64,000 nucleotides of DNA from Podarcis erhardii (lineage: Eukaryota), in NCBI GenBank assembly GCA_964252035.1, contig OZ176205.1. The stretch is one strand, 5' to 3'. The notes beneath the pieces were generated by a model. That model made no database searches and was not told the origin of the DNA. It saw only the letters and a list, made by a program, of their open reading frames with translations. Shown piece after piece: positions 13,762 through 27,202 of the stretch. The number at the start of each line of letters is the position of its first letter. Position 1 is the first letter of the stretch. A program made the position numbers and the translations under genes.

Positions 13762-14309
13762 GTAAGTATACACTTTTTTTGTTGCTGTTCTTGTTCACTT
13801 CCTCTAGCCTTCACAATTGATGCTGTGGCAGTCCAAGATGCACAAAAAGAGCATAGGTTTCGGGCCTGAGAACTATTATGCATGCAGAGCACTTTCAAAC
13901 TAGGCCTTCCAATTAGCTTCAGCAAAGTGTGGAAAGGAGCCATCGTGTGATGCTGGCCAAGTGGCTGTCTGTGTTCTTAAGTGTTTGGCTTTTAAGGGTA
14001 CTAGGGTTTTATTCCGCCCCTCCCTCCCCCCCCCCCACAAAAACAAACTTGAATTAGCTATTCAAAAGACTAGATAGAAATTTGTACTTTTGCCCAATAC
14101 CGGTTCCTGACAAATTGGCCTGGCTTGCAGTTTTCTAAAGAAACCACTGACTCCAATTTTAATCCTCCAACAGTTTGAACCAGCTACCTGCTGTGGTAAC
14201 AGTGGTTCACAGCCATACAGTACCGTGGAAATATCCAGGAGTTATTTCCCCAGTTACTTGATACAGCAATGTTTGCTTTTATTTCATTTTTATTTTCAGT
14301 TTGAAGATC

Positions 14310-14590
14310 ATTGTTGTTGTTGTTGTTATTTATTATATTTGTAAGAAGTCCTTCATCTGAAGATCACAGGGCAGTTCACAACATAAAAATACAAAATCAG
14401 AGCACAAAAGACATAATAAAACAGAAGCAAACCAATAAACCCACTCCCACAAAAAGTAATTAGCCAAGGGCCTGTTGGGGGGGGGGGCATTTTCACCTGG
14501 TGCCTAAAGAAATGCAGTAAGTCCTTGAGGAGAGCACTCCACAAACTGGGAACCCGTTCTCATGTTGCCACCCTCCGGACCTCTTGTGAA
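14310..14590 (-). mobile_element. Probable L2-type LINE 3' fragment
   Basis: Simple-repeat tail (ttgttg...atttattat), then gggcagttcacaacataaaa, an A-rich stretch, tttcacctggtgcctaaaga and gagagcactccacaaa. Resembles recalled squamate L2 3' ends in antisense. Confidence 0.5.
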
Positions 14591-17500
14591 GGAGGCGCAC
14601 AAAAAACTTTTGCAACTACTGAATACTCCCTTAAAATTACACATTCATTCTTTTTTAATTTACAGAATCTCATTGTTTGATTCTTAAAATAATAATAATC
14701 AAGTGATCCTCTAATCAGCGGGTAAACAGTATCTACTCCCACCCCAAAATAACCCCATCATCCATAGTAACAACCTATCCATGATGAGTCTCCATTCATC
14801 AGCAGAGCATAACATCTTTGGCAGACCAGTCGACAAGCCTTGAAATGCCTGCCGTGGATCTAAAGAGCTGATTCAGCCAGTTTCTGAAAAGCTTTTGTTT
14901 TCTCCTCCATAATGCCGTCGTTCAAAATAAAGTCAACCTTGGTCTCATATTTTCCATTAGAGGAAGTCTGTTGCTTCTAACAGTAAACTTCAGCAATGCA
15001 TTGATTGTGCCTCCATTTGTTATAAATGTGACGTTAGTGTTTTTTAATATCTTCAAACAATATTAAAAATAATTGTAGCATTATTTTTGGTGTAGGGAAC
15101 ATACACATAGCAAGAAATGAACGGTATAGGATTAGTAGCATTTGCGCACTAAAAAAAATTGACGGAATCAGCTGCGTCAGAAATAGGCAGCATCAACTCC
15201 CCCCCCCCCATTAATGCACTTAACACTGTATGTATATGTATACAGCAGTTTGCATCTGGATCGTACTCAATACTGAGTCACAGTATTGATCTTTCTGCGC
15301 ATCAGTTAAAGGCTGAACACAGATCATCTTTTCTTTCCATTCTTGCTGTGTATTCCTGTGGCATTGTGAAGCAGATGCTTGTTGTGGCTTTCTTTTTTTG
15401 TGCCGTGGGTAGGAATTGGAATCCTACTGTGTCTGCTGAGCTTTAGTGCCCTGTTCTCATGTGTCTATCATTGGTGGCTCATTGAAACCATCCTTCTTGT
15501 GGCACTTTGAGGAGTGTATTGTCCCTACCTAACAAAAACAGCTTTGTTTCATAAAGTCACCTTTACATTAAGATCACTATTTCTATTCCTAAAATCCCAG
15601 AAAGAAGCAGTGAATCCAATTCCAAGCTATTAAAAAGCCACAATGTTTCTATTTCGTTGGGTCGTGTAGGACAAGACAGTAGTTAAAAAAAATAAAATGC
15701 AAATGTTATTTTCAGATTTCAGATCATTTTTTTCATGCTGTTTTAGGGAGACAAGTGTGGATATGCCCTGCTGGTTTGGGTTTTCCTATCTACAGAGAAA
15801 AAAATGTTTCTTTTGCAGTTAACAGAAGGATGCTCTGCACAGCACTGCCTAGGCAGAACTCTTTTAACATGTAGTAATTTTACTCCTTTAAAAATAGCTG
15901 TATTTCAATATGTATATTGCTTACTGCTCATTTCATTACAAAGCTATTTCCAGTTGCTCTGTGCAGAAGTGAAATGAATCAAGAGTCTTTTCTGATTCAT
16001 GAATCAAATTCAGAGCTTAATTTGAAGAAGCATATTTTGAATTTGATTTAATATGAAAATTTGTTGATAATTGCATTTTCTTGTTCTGGCTTACTATTTA
16101 CAAGTCCCTTAGAAAAAGGAAAGGTAACATGATCGTGCTTACTTTGTAATATATAATACTTTATTTAAAGAAGAAAATAAATTTTGGCCACAGTCCTGCA
16201 CCCCAAAAATAACAAGAAAAACCCGTGAGTCAAGATTTATCTATCAGGCATGTTACAGACTTGCTCCAGTGCAAGCTTTGGGCCAAATAAGATGTGATGT
16301 TTTTTGTATCTTTAGTCTCTGTATGGCTATTTTTTTTCCTGGCAATAAATATCTGACATGGGATGTCTGAGCCAGATCAGGACTGTGGCATCGGGGCGGG
16401 AGGAGGAAGAGTTAGTCTTCATCCCACTATGGTCTTGCTCCAAATCAGGGGTGGGGTGTATACTATCTGTTTCATTCCCTAATGGTGACAAAAGACCCAC
16501 CTCTGGGACCCCTGTGCCAGCTAGCTAGCTATTTCTTTATTTTAAAAAACCAGCCACACATGAGCTTCCGACATGAATAATGTCATGTTTAGTTTTACCC
16601 TCTGTCTTTAAGAAGACTTATACCAAATCCCTCTCCTTGCAGTACTGTGTAACTGGACAGCTTGACGAAACCTGCACCCATCTTCTCTTTCAAACGTATA
16701 CACATAAGCACACACAAACACATGCATGCACATAAATTATTTCTGTGGAAGTCTGTTCAAAATTCTTCACAGACACATCTACACTGAGGAAGAAATAGTG
16801 AATATTGGAACATGCACTGAGTATTTAGCTTGTAGATTCCAAATTAATGATCAGCATACTTCAAATTTAAGTTCATGACTGTCCAGGTTGAGAACAGCTA
16901 CATGCGAGTGTTCGGTCTTTTCATGTGAAAGCAGACAAGCAAATGAAGTGAGTATACTTTTAAACTGTTCCAGCTCTGACACGTCATCTCTGCGCAGTTT
17001 AGAGCCCACAAAAGGTTACGAAAAACATGGTTTATTAGGGGTTTCACAATATTACCATAGGGCAGCACAGTCCCTTAGCTTTCCTCCCCCCTCTGAATTA
17101 ATGCTCATTTTCAGCTACAGTATTTTCACTTCTGATATTCAGTTGTTTAACATTGTACACAGTGCTCAGGTTTGCATGCTCAGATAAGGGTTAGGATAAA
17201 TGAGTTTCAATGCTTTGCTAGTAGTCCTAGATTAACAGCCATTAAGTTAACGACGTTTCCATCCCTGTGTTGTGCATCTCACTGCTTCTAGTCATGGGGG
17301 TTAAGGTGGTGAAGATTTCAAAATGTGTTTTCCAAATCTATTGGAAACTTAGCTTTTCATGCAGTGCATGAAAACCCATGAGTTTTCTCATGGGTGGCTA
17401 GTTGCAGGAGGTCTTGCATCCAGTTTTCCACATATGATGTCCTTTCCAACACTGAAGGATTATTCACTTTGCTGCCAAAGTAGAACCATCATTCCTTTCC

Positions 17501-20500
17501 TTTTGGTAACCCCCACCTGGCAGGTGTGGAGCCATTTGTGTTGGCATCTCCTATCAACAGGGATTGGTCCATAACTCTGTACTTCCTTTCAGAAGCGTTG
17601 GATTACTGGGCAGCTATTTATACCTCCAGCAGTAATCTGTGGATGTGATGCCCCTGTGCTTAAGGCATGTTGGTGCCCATTAGGCCCAGAAGAAGATTTT
17701 CTGTTGAATGAACCTCAGTCTAATGTTGTGGGTTAGCTGGTTGGATACTAAGTAAGACTTTCCTCCACGGTGTAGATGTTAGACATGCTTCTACTTCTTT
17801 GTCCTGCTTTTGCCTCAGCCTTACAGAGTTTAGATCCTGGTTCAGTATGTTACATGCTGATGTGCCTAGGCACTTGCTGAGCCTCCTTGAGAAGGAAAAG
17901 CTACATGCTTCTTGCAGGAGATCCAGGGTTTCTGCTGCACTCAGAGCATCTGTGCAATCCCCACTCAGTGTTGTGAAGGGCTCTAAACTGTGCAGAGATG
18001 ACACACCAGAAGGGGCTTTGCACTGGGCCTCCACTCTCCTAATGGTCTTGTTTAAATGCAAGGAGATTGAACACCAGAATGGGGCTAATAATAGTGATGC
18101 CGATATTATCTACACATTTGTCATGTAAATTTCCTCTTATTTCTGGTGTCATTCAGAATGTTCAGATGAGCTTTATTTACTTATTTCAATCTCCCCGCTT
18201 TTCTGTAACTACCTGCTTTTAAATCTCTCTCTTTTTTCTTTTGAACTTTTGTTTTAAAAATCTGCTTTCTTCTCTCTGTACAAAACCCAAATCCTCCTCT
18301 GTGGTCTTCTTCTTTTAAGGTTGACATTCCCTTTGTAACGAGACTGAAGTTTTCTGTATCTACATGAAGTGGTTTGCAACAGTCCTTATTGAGCTGCAAC
18401 AAGTGTCTGAATTACTGGAATATCTGAAACCCTAGTGTCACTTTTGCTACAACCCTGTCAGCGCTGCTTCTGAAATTGTTATTGTGCGCCCTGTATACTT
18501 GCATCAAAGCACTGAATTGCACTGCTCTGTTCCCCTGTGCTTGAGTTAATGCACTTACATCCATCATGTGTTTCAGGTTCAAGGCCAAGGAGAGACGAGA
18601 CCATCCTTGTCTAGCAATACACATCTTCTGCACTCCTTTTCTGCTAATAGAGCTCTGATACACTGCACTATCAATTACTTTTATTTTGAGCATGATTAGT
18701 GAGCATGAAGGGACTGACTGCGCAGTTTCTAGTCTGTAGCCCTCGGTTTTTGTTTTGCTTTTGTTTTTTGGCTAACCCACACTTGACCTTTGGTGGGCGA
18801 ACATTTTTTTTCTTTAGACTCAACTCCCTCTTCGGCCCATACAGCATTTCATTTTTCCTGTCACTTCCATCTAAGGGATCCATGAGTGATGAGTAGATCT
18901 GGGTTTCTCCTTGTTTGTTTCCCTACAGCGCCATCTTAAGCCATGGTATGCAAAACATTTGTGTTAAGAAGGATGCATGTGAACCAGCATCCCAAAAATC
19001 AAAGTTGCTTAAGGAACCTAAATTGTGAGGAAAGGTTCCTTGGTTGCATACTTTGAAGCACTGCCACCCCCCCAAAAAAGAGTATGGAGATCTCAGGGAG
19101 CCATAGCATTCATTTAGTTTATTTACTTGTGATTTATGTCCTGCCATGTAGCCTAGAATGCACAGTGATTGTATATAAAAGCAAGAGAATAATGATTTTT
19201 CTCCTTATAAATCCTCAGAGCTCAGTACAGATTATGAATACAGATTATGAATAGTCTCTTGTGATGGCGAAATTAGAGGGGGAAAGTTAAGGAAATGGAA
19301 GGAAAATTCCAAGATTGGAAGAAAAGTGAACTAGGCAGAGTGCCAAAGCTTGCTCCTTGTAGTAAATTCATGCTCTCCGTGTTACATTTAGTGTACAACA
19401 TATAAACAGTATAAACAAACATCAGTATAAAAACCTCAACTATAATAACAGTGTCAATGAATACAGGGTATAGGATCCAGAGTTAATGGTCGGGAAAAGC
19501 AAAAACAGTATGTATTAAAGGGGCATGTGAAGTATATAGCACAGGGAAGGGCTTTCAGAAGAGAAGGTGCAATGACAGAAAATGCCTGTTTATGGGCCAC
19601 TGCCATAATTTTCTGTATACCTATATGTTTTTAATAGTAACCTAGGGAAGTAGCCTCAAAACAAAGTAAGGGATATATATATATAGGCATGCCTGTCGCA
19701 CTTACAATAGTGTTGCCTGTGGAAAGCAACTAAGTGTGAAGCGGGCACATGCATTCCCAGATAGTCAATATACCTGCCGTAAGAAGCCACTTGGAGAAAT
19801 TGCCTTTTGCCATCACACTTTACAACAAGAGTGGGGAAACAGGAGATGAGGTTGGGTTCCCACCTGCCATCATCTTTGATTGTCTCCTAATGGGGACTGA
19901 TGGAGGCTGTCAGACCCAGATTTACCATTTAGCATTTCTCCAGAGGCAGCAGCAGTATAAATGTAGAAAACATACCAGTCACTACAGAGTGTGATCAATC
20001 CCAAGACATGTTCAGCAGACCAGCTTCAGGCCAATCTTCCAGATTTACCAGGCTGCAGTTCTCTACCATATTACTTGGGAGTAGGCCCAGTAGGATTTAG
20101 ATCTGAGTTGAAATGCATTGGATCACACTCTCGGTCTTTTGGACCTAGTAGCACCAATGCACAACTGCAGTCACCCTTCTTCTTGCTTTTCCTTTACCAC
20201 TTCTGGCCTTTTCGGTTCTCTGTTACCGTCACTAAACAGGACAGAACACAGCATCTGTCTCGGAGAGTTCACCCATCTGATTAAAAACTGTGGTGACTTT
20301 TCAAGTACTTCCACTGTCACAGTGCACAATTCCTGTCACCACTTAAAAATCCAAAACTCCAATTTGGATGATCGAGTAACACCATGCCCTACTAGAGACT
20401 TGTTCAGGCAAATGTTGACTATGGTAGCTGGCCATTCCAGTGTTCACACATATTGCCATTATTTTTTGGATGTGGCATTCCTTCCTAAAATGATTGAAAC

Positions 20501-23500
20501 AAATATCAACAAAACTTGTTCTGCAATCTCATTGCAACTCCATCTATTCACTGGAACCTGTAATGGTGCTGTAATTGGATTCTTTGGTAAATGATTAGAG
20601 CTATGTATCACACAGGATACAAAACCCTCGCATCATTTGTTGTCTTCTTGCTTCTTTATGGACTGCATTTAGATATGTATTACTGCTGCGAGGATTCTTC
20701 TCAATTGATTAAGTGTCTTGGGTTCTAATAGCTCTCTATTTGTTTCGTTTTTTCAAAAATCCTGTCTACTGCCAATGGTTCCTGCTCCCCCCCAAAAAAC
20801 CTTTTCAACAAGAAAGCTGCTGTAGATGAATTGCTACTAATATGAGAATTCTAAATCAAGCTAAAAATGCATTGCTTTTTCCTTGAATAAGAGTGTTATT
20901 GATTAAATTACAGAGGAATTGAGAGAACCCCACTTGACATTTCTCTCAATTATACTGCACAATATATGTTGATACTTCAAATAACCCAAGTCAGTCCTTT
21001 TAGGATTAATAAGCACATCAGAAGCACCACTTCCTACATCTGTGCATGATATTTTATTTTAAGCCTTGCTTGGACCCAGGAATTCAGTGGAAAATATTCA
21101 AGTGTTCCATTCATTAGCTGCACTGATTGAACTTGCAGTTTTTGTTTACTTTAGCAAACCCATCTGTCCCTGAAAATGCGCAGTTGTACAACTGTGCACT
21201 CACAGCCGACATATCACTAATAATTATGTTATCCTTGTCTTTATGCCACTGTTTTACTACTATTCATCCTAAGCAGGTGCAATCTTCCTCTTATTGGTGG
21301 ATTATGATGTGACACAATGCAACATGATTGTTTCATGTACCAGTCATGTCTTTGGCAGGAAAATGTTTCTTGGATAATGCCGTTGTTAAAAAGTATATTT
21401 ATTATAAAATATTGCGTACATTAGCTTGCAGTTGAGACATGCTACATAAAGAATGGCATGGCCAGCATTTTCTCCAAGGTGTATGCTTTTCCTCCTTAGA
21501 AAAATAATGCACTTTTTATAGCTAGCCGTTATTGGACAAAAGTTAGCTTGTACATTCTCATCCCAATGCTGAGTCCTTCATTTACTCTGATAAATGTGCA
21601 AGCTTTCCAATTCATTTCAATGGAGAAAGCTGCTATGTACATGCAATCCTATGTGCACAGAAATCAGCTCCATTTATTGCACTGCCTGGACCAGAACAGA
21701 TTGCTGTACTGGAATATCTATCTACAAGTATTTAATATATTCCTGCCTTGGAATTGAGTAAGTTGTATTAGCTAACCAACCCCCCACTCCACGTTTTTCT
21801 TTTATTGGGATGACGGGGCAAAGATTTGATAGAAATTATGAATATTTGGTAAGATTTGCTTTGTAAACTAGGCTTCTCACTTTTATTCTTTTAATTGCTT
21901 ACTGTGCTTTGTTTCTTCCTTCTAGAGTTATGTACTTATTTCTCTTAAGCAGATGTTTCACGTCAAGATTGAAAAGTCATTGCATTTCTCAAGATTAATA
22001 TCCAGCAGTACAACCCCCCCCCAAAAAAAAGATAACACAAACGAGCCACCTCCCCTTATAAGAAAGAAGGGCAGGGCACAATCGAATGGTGGGAATAGGA
22101 AATATAATATACATATAACACTTTTTTACTATGTTATGAAGCCTCAGGAGACGTTCCGTACTTAAGACAACCTGGTTTTTCAGCACACCTCTGTTCTAAA
22201 GCCTGAAACCTCTGTTTTGCACAGGTTCAAGTTGTTTTTTGTGACTTCTGAACAAAGTATCTATTTTTAAAGTTTATCAACTGATTAAATTTCAAACAGA
22301 TTTTTAAAAAATAATTAAATAAGATACGCTCCCTCACTTTATTTATTTATTTGCTAGCCATGGTGAATTATGGTGGCTTTTCTCCCTCCCCTCTCCCCTC
22401 TCTACTCCCCTTCAAAGAGATTCTTTCTTTTTCTTCTTACTTTCCCATTGCTTTTGGTGCTTTAGCGAATGTCAAGCATTTCAAGAATATTTGCAGGGGT
22501 CCCCCTTTTGCTGGTTTGATGAAAATTCATTTGGTATTTCTAAAGCTCTGAGATCTCAGAAGTTTCCATTTCGTTCAGTGGAAAGGGGCACAAGTTATAT
22601 AGTGCATGCCATATAATGCTTGCTAAACCTCATTGTCTAAAAGTGACATACACAGCAAACTAGAAGCCATGCTGTTTCAGGACGGACGAACGAACGAACG
22701 AGGAAGCTTCCCATCCAATACTGTCTCCCTTCAACCAGGGTGCAACAGAGACTTAGATCTTAAGTATCCCCATTCCATTTGTGGAAGGAACTGTAGTCCA
22801 TCAGATGTTCCCAGCACATCAGAGGTGGAACAGTACTTTTTTGCCCATGTGCCCTTGTTCCTGCAGCCCCATGCGCCACACCTCATTCTGCAGTGCAGCA
22901 GATTTTCAACTGGCAAAGGTGGTGCAGGTTAAAGGGGAAATCAGTTCAGGATAATCCTGTGAATGGAACTCAACCCTTTGGGACACTCCCGTTAGCAGAA
23001 GCTTAGTTGGCAGCTATAAAACTGCTTATTTTCTGCTCCTCCAATCAGCTTTCCTGTTCTGTCAGGGAGATGAGAGAAAGCCTTCCCTTGAATGAAAGGG
23101 GAAAGCAACTTATTCTCTCCTGCGGTGTGAGCTGGCTGCATAACTCTGAGCAAAGAAGGATATATTTCCACTCTCTGCCAGGTTGAGTCTTCTCATCCTA
23201 CATGAAGAGGGGAACCTCTTCTCTGAAGGTGTGGAACCAGCTATTTGACTCAGGAGAGAGAGGAGGAAAAAAGCACTTTCTCATTTAGCTAGGGAAATCG
23301 CATACCGTAACCTCCCTGAAGGTTGCTTCCTTTAATTTGGCAACAGCCATTTCAAAAAGAGGCAGCCTGCAGATTCTGGAAAAGTGATCTTGCCTCCTGC
23401 ATGGTGAGGCGGAGGAGGATCAGGCTGCACGTGGAACTTTATGTGAGCAGGGGAGAAATCAGTAGTGCCATGGAAATAAGTAATAGAAGGTGTCATAGCT

Positions 23501-24383
23501 CAGTGGTGGTGCAGATCTGAGTGAAAGAGTGAATCTGTGTCTGTGAGCAGTAGGTGATGGTTGTATTTGAACCTCACGACCAACTTCAGTGTTCCTTACC
23601 TGCAAAACGAAAATGTCTTGCAGGATGTCTTCTAAACGCTTGTCAGCTCTGCATGCACTCTGTTCTTCTTTGTGCTTGAGACACAGTTTGATGTTGACCT
23701 GCTGAGGTCTGATATAATGTGTGAATGGGCTTGCATGTGGCAAGGGACCTGCTGCTGCTGCACTTCTTACAACCAAGCAAGAAAGCACAGGAAAGGAGTC
23801 CTAAACTGAGCCTCTGTACAGATGTTCCATTGTGCAAAATTTCATACATACACACAAAAATCATCTAATTTAGTTGCTTTCTTTACTTTCCTTTTTAAAA
23901 GGAACCTCTAAAAACTAGAAATGGTTGGTTTAGCAGAAGGGTAAAAGCTGACAAATAACTCTTGGTCTGCGAAAGCATGGAAAACGTAAGAGTTTCGCTT
24001 TAATTTCTGCACCATGTAAGCAAAATGAGAGGTATGGTACAGCCTACAATAGCAGACTGTATTGAATTCACACCCCTGTTCAAAGGCTTTGGGTCCAATA
24101 GGATGTGTCCACTAGAGGAGGAGGAGTGTAGCGATTTTTGACAATTTCTCTCTCTAGCAGCAGCCCTGAAAATATTTTTGGGATGATCCCCTAGAACAGG
24201 GGGCTGCAGGGCAAAATCAACAAAACACCCCCCTCCTTGGTTAGCAAATACCATAAGACAAGGAGGACTGATTTGATTTCACCCAGTTGGGATTGCTTAC
24301 AGGTTCTGCAGCAAGACTGAAGATGAAGGGTGTGTACAGAGAGATAAGACTAGGGGCAGTCTTGTAAGGATTTGGGCATTAAA

Positions 24384-24485
24384 GTATAGATAGCTCAGTT
24401 GGTAGAGCATGAGACCCTTAATCTCAAGGTCATCAGTTCAAGCCCCACATTGGGCAAAACTATTCCAACTCTACGATTCCATGAT
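24384..24485 (+). mobile_element. tRNA-Lys(CTT)-derived SINE relic: tRNA head joined to a CR1-type 3' terminus (Squam2-like)
   Basis: 24384..24456 aligns to tRNA-Lys-CTT (TAGCTCAGTTGGTAGAGCATGAGACCCTTAATCTCA...GTTCAAGCCCCACATTGGGC). Acceptor stem is broken. Followed by ttccaactctacgattccatga, which is CR1 tail-like. Confidence 0.82.
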
Positions 24486-25221
24486 AATGTTCAAACTTTG
24501 CTGGTTTTACATTTGGTTCAATATGAGCCAACCTTTCAAGAGCAAATATTTTATGAGCACTACCTCCCACATCTGTGTTGCCGCCAACTTGCAGAGGAAG
24601 AGAGAGAATTAAGCCTGAATGTTAAGGTGAACTGTGTGTGCAATTTGTAAGCAATCTATGAGATTGTACATCTTTACTGCTTACATGGTGAGAAAGTTAA
24701 CGCATCAACCTTAACTTGTGATTTCTATGATTTTTAGAGCACGGGTGACTTGTTGAAGCCTTCACTCTTCTTAAACCAAAGGGTTTTTCTTATTTAAAAA
24801 ATGTATATATAGTGACATACATAATACATCTATATGTGCATATCATATTAATAGGTTTTTTTTAAAAAAAAAAGTTGACAGGATTTTGCTTGGGGCTTTG
24901 CAAAGGGAAGGATAGGTATATCATGCATTAGTCAAGTCTTTCATTATTTATTCAGGTTGACTAAGTGAAACTACATATGAGCATTTTCAGGACTGCCTCT
25001 TTAACCTACTAAAATGATTGATCCATGTTCACTTATGTAACTTTAGAATCTTTCTCCTGCTAGGTTTTCCTGTTGTCTGTTTCTCTCTATCCAATGTAGT
25101 GCACTTCTTATTCTCCCTGTGTTTAACATCTTGTGAACTAATTTAATCTTCGCCTAATAGTCAATTTGTGTTAATCTTCTTCTTTTTTCCCTTGCACTTT
25201 TTTTTTTCATTTTTCTTCCGA

Positions 25222-25224
25222 TGC
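25222..25224 (+). promoter_or_regulatory. Candidate SRRM3/4 (nSR100) UGC intronic enhancer upstream of the microexon
   Basis: TGC at -12..-10 relative to the microexon, after a long pyrimidine tract; this is the established layout of neural microexons. A 3-nt motif is weak evidence alone. Confidence 0.55.
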
Positions 25225-25233
25225 TTGAAATAG

Positions 25234-25248
25234 AAGTGGAGCAAAAAG
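25234..25248 (+). CDS. ADGRL2: ADGRL2 15-nt microexon (KVEQK; 12-nt MEQK variant from 25237) between lectin and olfactomedin domains
   Basis: Long pyrimidine tract, then tag|AAGTGGAGCAAAAAG|gtaaat. Symmetric phase 1/1. Encodes the known latrophilin splice insert KVEQK. Confidence 0.93.
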
Positions 25249-26401
25249 GTAAATAACGTATATAGTCCCAAACCCCCTCCCCCCAGCTCCTTGTTATGTG
25301 CCTTATGGATGTTAACCTCCTCCACCCCTTCCCTTCCCCACAACACTCTGGTAACTATGGTGGTCAGCAGGATCTCATAAGCGCCCCTCATAAAGAAGTC
25401 GACTTTGCAGTAAACTGGCTGGGCTGCTGAACTGACTCGGCTACTTAAAGCAGGTGGCGGGATTTAGTGTCTGGTGTACCTGCTCCGGGACAGAGGCTCC
25501 CTTTTGCTTTCTTCCTCCCTTTCTTTCTCTTTCCCTGTCTTTCTCTCACCCTTGACTAAATCTTGTTAATGAACCCTCATCTTGCTTGGCTTCCAGAACC
25601 CACTCCATAGCATGCCATAATTACAGGGGTCCCTGGTCTGTTTCATCCATCGCTTTGGTTGTCCTTTATTTTTTTGTTGCTCCTAATGAAGATCTGTGTA
25701 TATATTTTACACATACACACGGGTTGCACACACACAAACAAACCCCAAAACTAAAAGCGCGTATCTATATAGATACATTCAAACTTCAGTTCCCGAACGC
25801 CTACGTTTTGGAATGTTTCAGCTCCCGAACATCCGACACGAATTCCAGTCTGCAAAAAGCCTAGCTGTCAGCCAATCAGAGGCCTTGGAATTCAAATGTT
25901 TCGGAAGTCGAATGTCCTTCCAAAACGGATTGTGTTCAACTTCAAAGGTTCAACCGTATATATAGATATAATATCAAGGCACTGTTGTTTTCAACCTCAC
26001 AGTTTATTAAAGTTTCTACAAGTTTTATGAGCTTAAATCCATTGAAGTGTTGTACACCAGTTGAAAGGTCTGGAGAATAAATCCTGTCTTCATCATAAAT
26101 GCAAGCGTAGTTATCTGCTTCCAGATGCATAGATGCGCCATAGATGCGACCTTGGGTGATATTAGCGAAAACACTTCACATACTGGTTACTATGGTAACT
26201 TTAAGAAGCATGGATGTCAAAGGGTAATACATGCATTAATTACATATGAGCTACAAAGTATTGTTGCCAGTTAATTGGATCTTTTCTTCTTTATTGTCAC
26301 TTGTGATTTTTTTTACCTTGACTTTAATTGGTAGCATGCACATTTTATTTTATTGTTTTTTAAAAATAAATCTTGTCTTGCTTCTTCTCTGCAACTGCTA
26401 G

Positions 26402-27202
26402 TTTTTGTTTGCCCTGGGACATTGAAAGCCGTTGTGGATTCCCCAAATTTATATGAAGCGGAACAAAAGGCAGGTGCCTGGTGCAAGGACCCTCTTCAAG
26501 CTGCGGATAAAATATACTTCATGCCGTGGACTCCATACCGTACTGATACTTTGATAGAATATGCTTCTTTAGAGGACTTTCAAAATGGACGCCAGCAGAC
26601 GACATACAAGCTTCCAAACCGAGTGGATGGTACTGGATTTGTGGTATACGATGGTGCTGTCTTTTTTAACAAGGAAAGAACTAGGAACATTGTAAAGTTC
26701 GATTTGAGGACTAGAATTAAGAGTGGAGAGGCAATTATAAATTATGCCAACTACCACGACACTTCCCCTTACAGGTGGGGAGGGAAGACTGACATTGATT
26801 TGGCAGTTGACGAAAATGGCTTGTGGGTCATTTACGCCACGGAACAAAACAATGGGATGATAGTTATTAGCCAACTGAATCCTTATACCTTGCGTTTCGA
26901 GGCAACGTGGGAAACTACGTATGACAAACGGGCAGCATCTAACGCCTTTATGATATGTGGGGTTCTCTACGTTGTGCGGTCCGTATACCAAGACAATGAA
27001 AGTGAAACTGGCAAGAACTCAATTGATTACATTTACAACACTCGGTTATTCAGAGGAGAATATGTAGATATCCCTTTCCCCAACATGTACCATTATATTG
27101 CTGCTGTGGATTACAATCCAAGAGACAATCAACTGTATGTGTGGAACAACAACTTCATCCTGCGATATTCTCTAGAGTTTGGTCCCCCTGACCCCGCTCA
27201 AG
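26402..27202 (+). CDS. ADGRL2: ADGRL2 exon, entire olfactomedin domain (IFVCPGTLK...[12 protein letters not shown])
   Basis: Acceptor ctgctag|TT, donor CAAG|gtaagc, 801 nt, phase 1/1. Lies within ORF 26353..27234. Olfactomedin motifs [46 protein letters not shown]. Confidence 0.98.

Noticed and set aside
17720-18128. Overlapping 109-113 aa ORFs in the lectin-microexon intron (nested gene?)
   Set aside because: No recognisable domain or splice structure; lengths are within chance expectation for a locally GC-balanced stretch.
24384-24456. Functional tRNA-Lys(CTT) gene
   Set aside because: The 5' acceptor strand (GTATAGA) cannot pair with the 3' strand (TTGGGC), U33 is C, the T-arm is mutated, and a CR1-like tail follows; it is a SINE head.
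26569-26991. 140-aa antisense ORF inside the olfactomedin exon
   Set aside because: A shadow ORF of the real coding exon; no independent signals.
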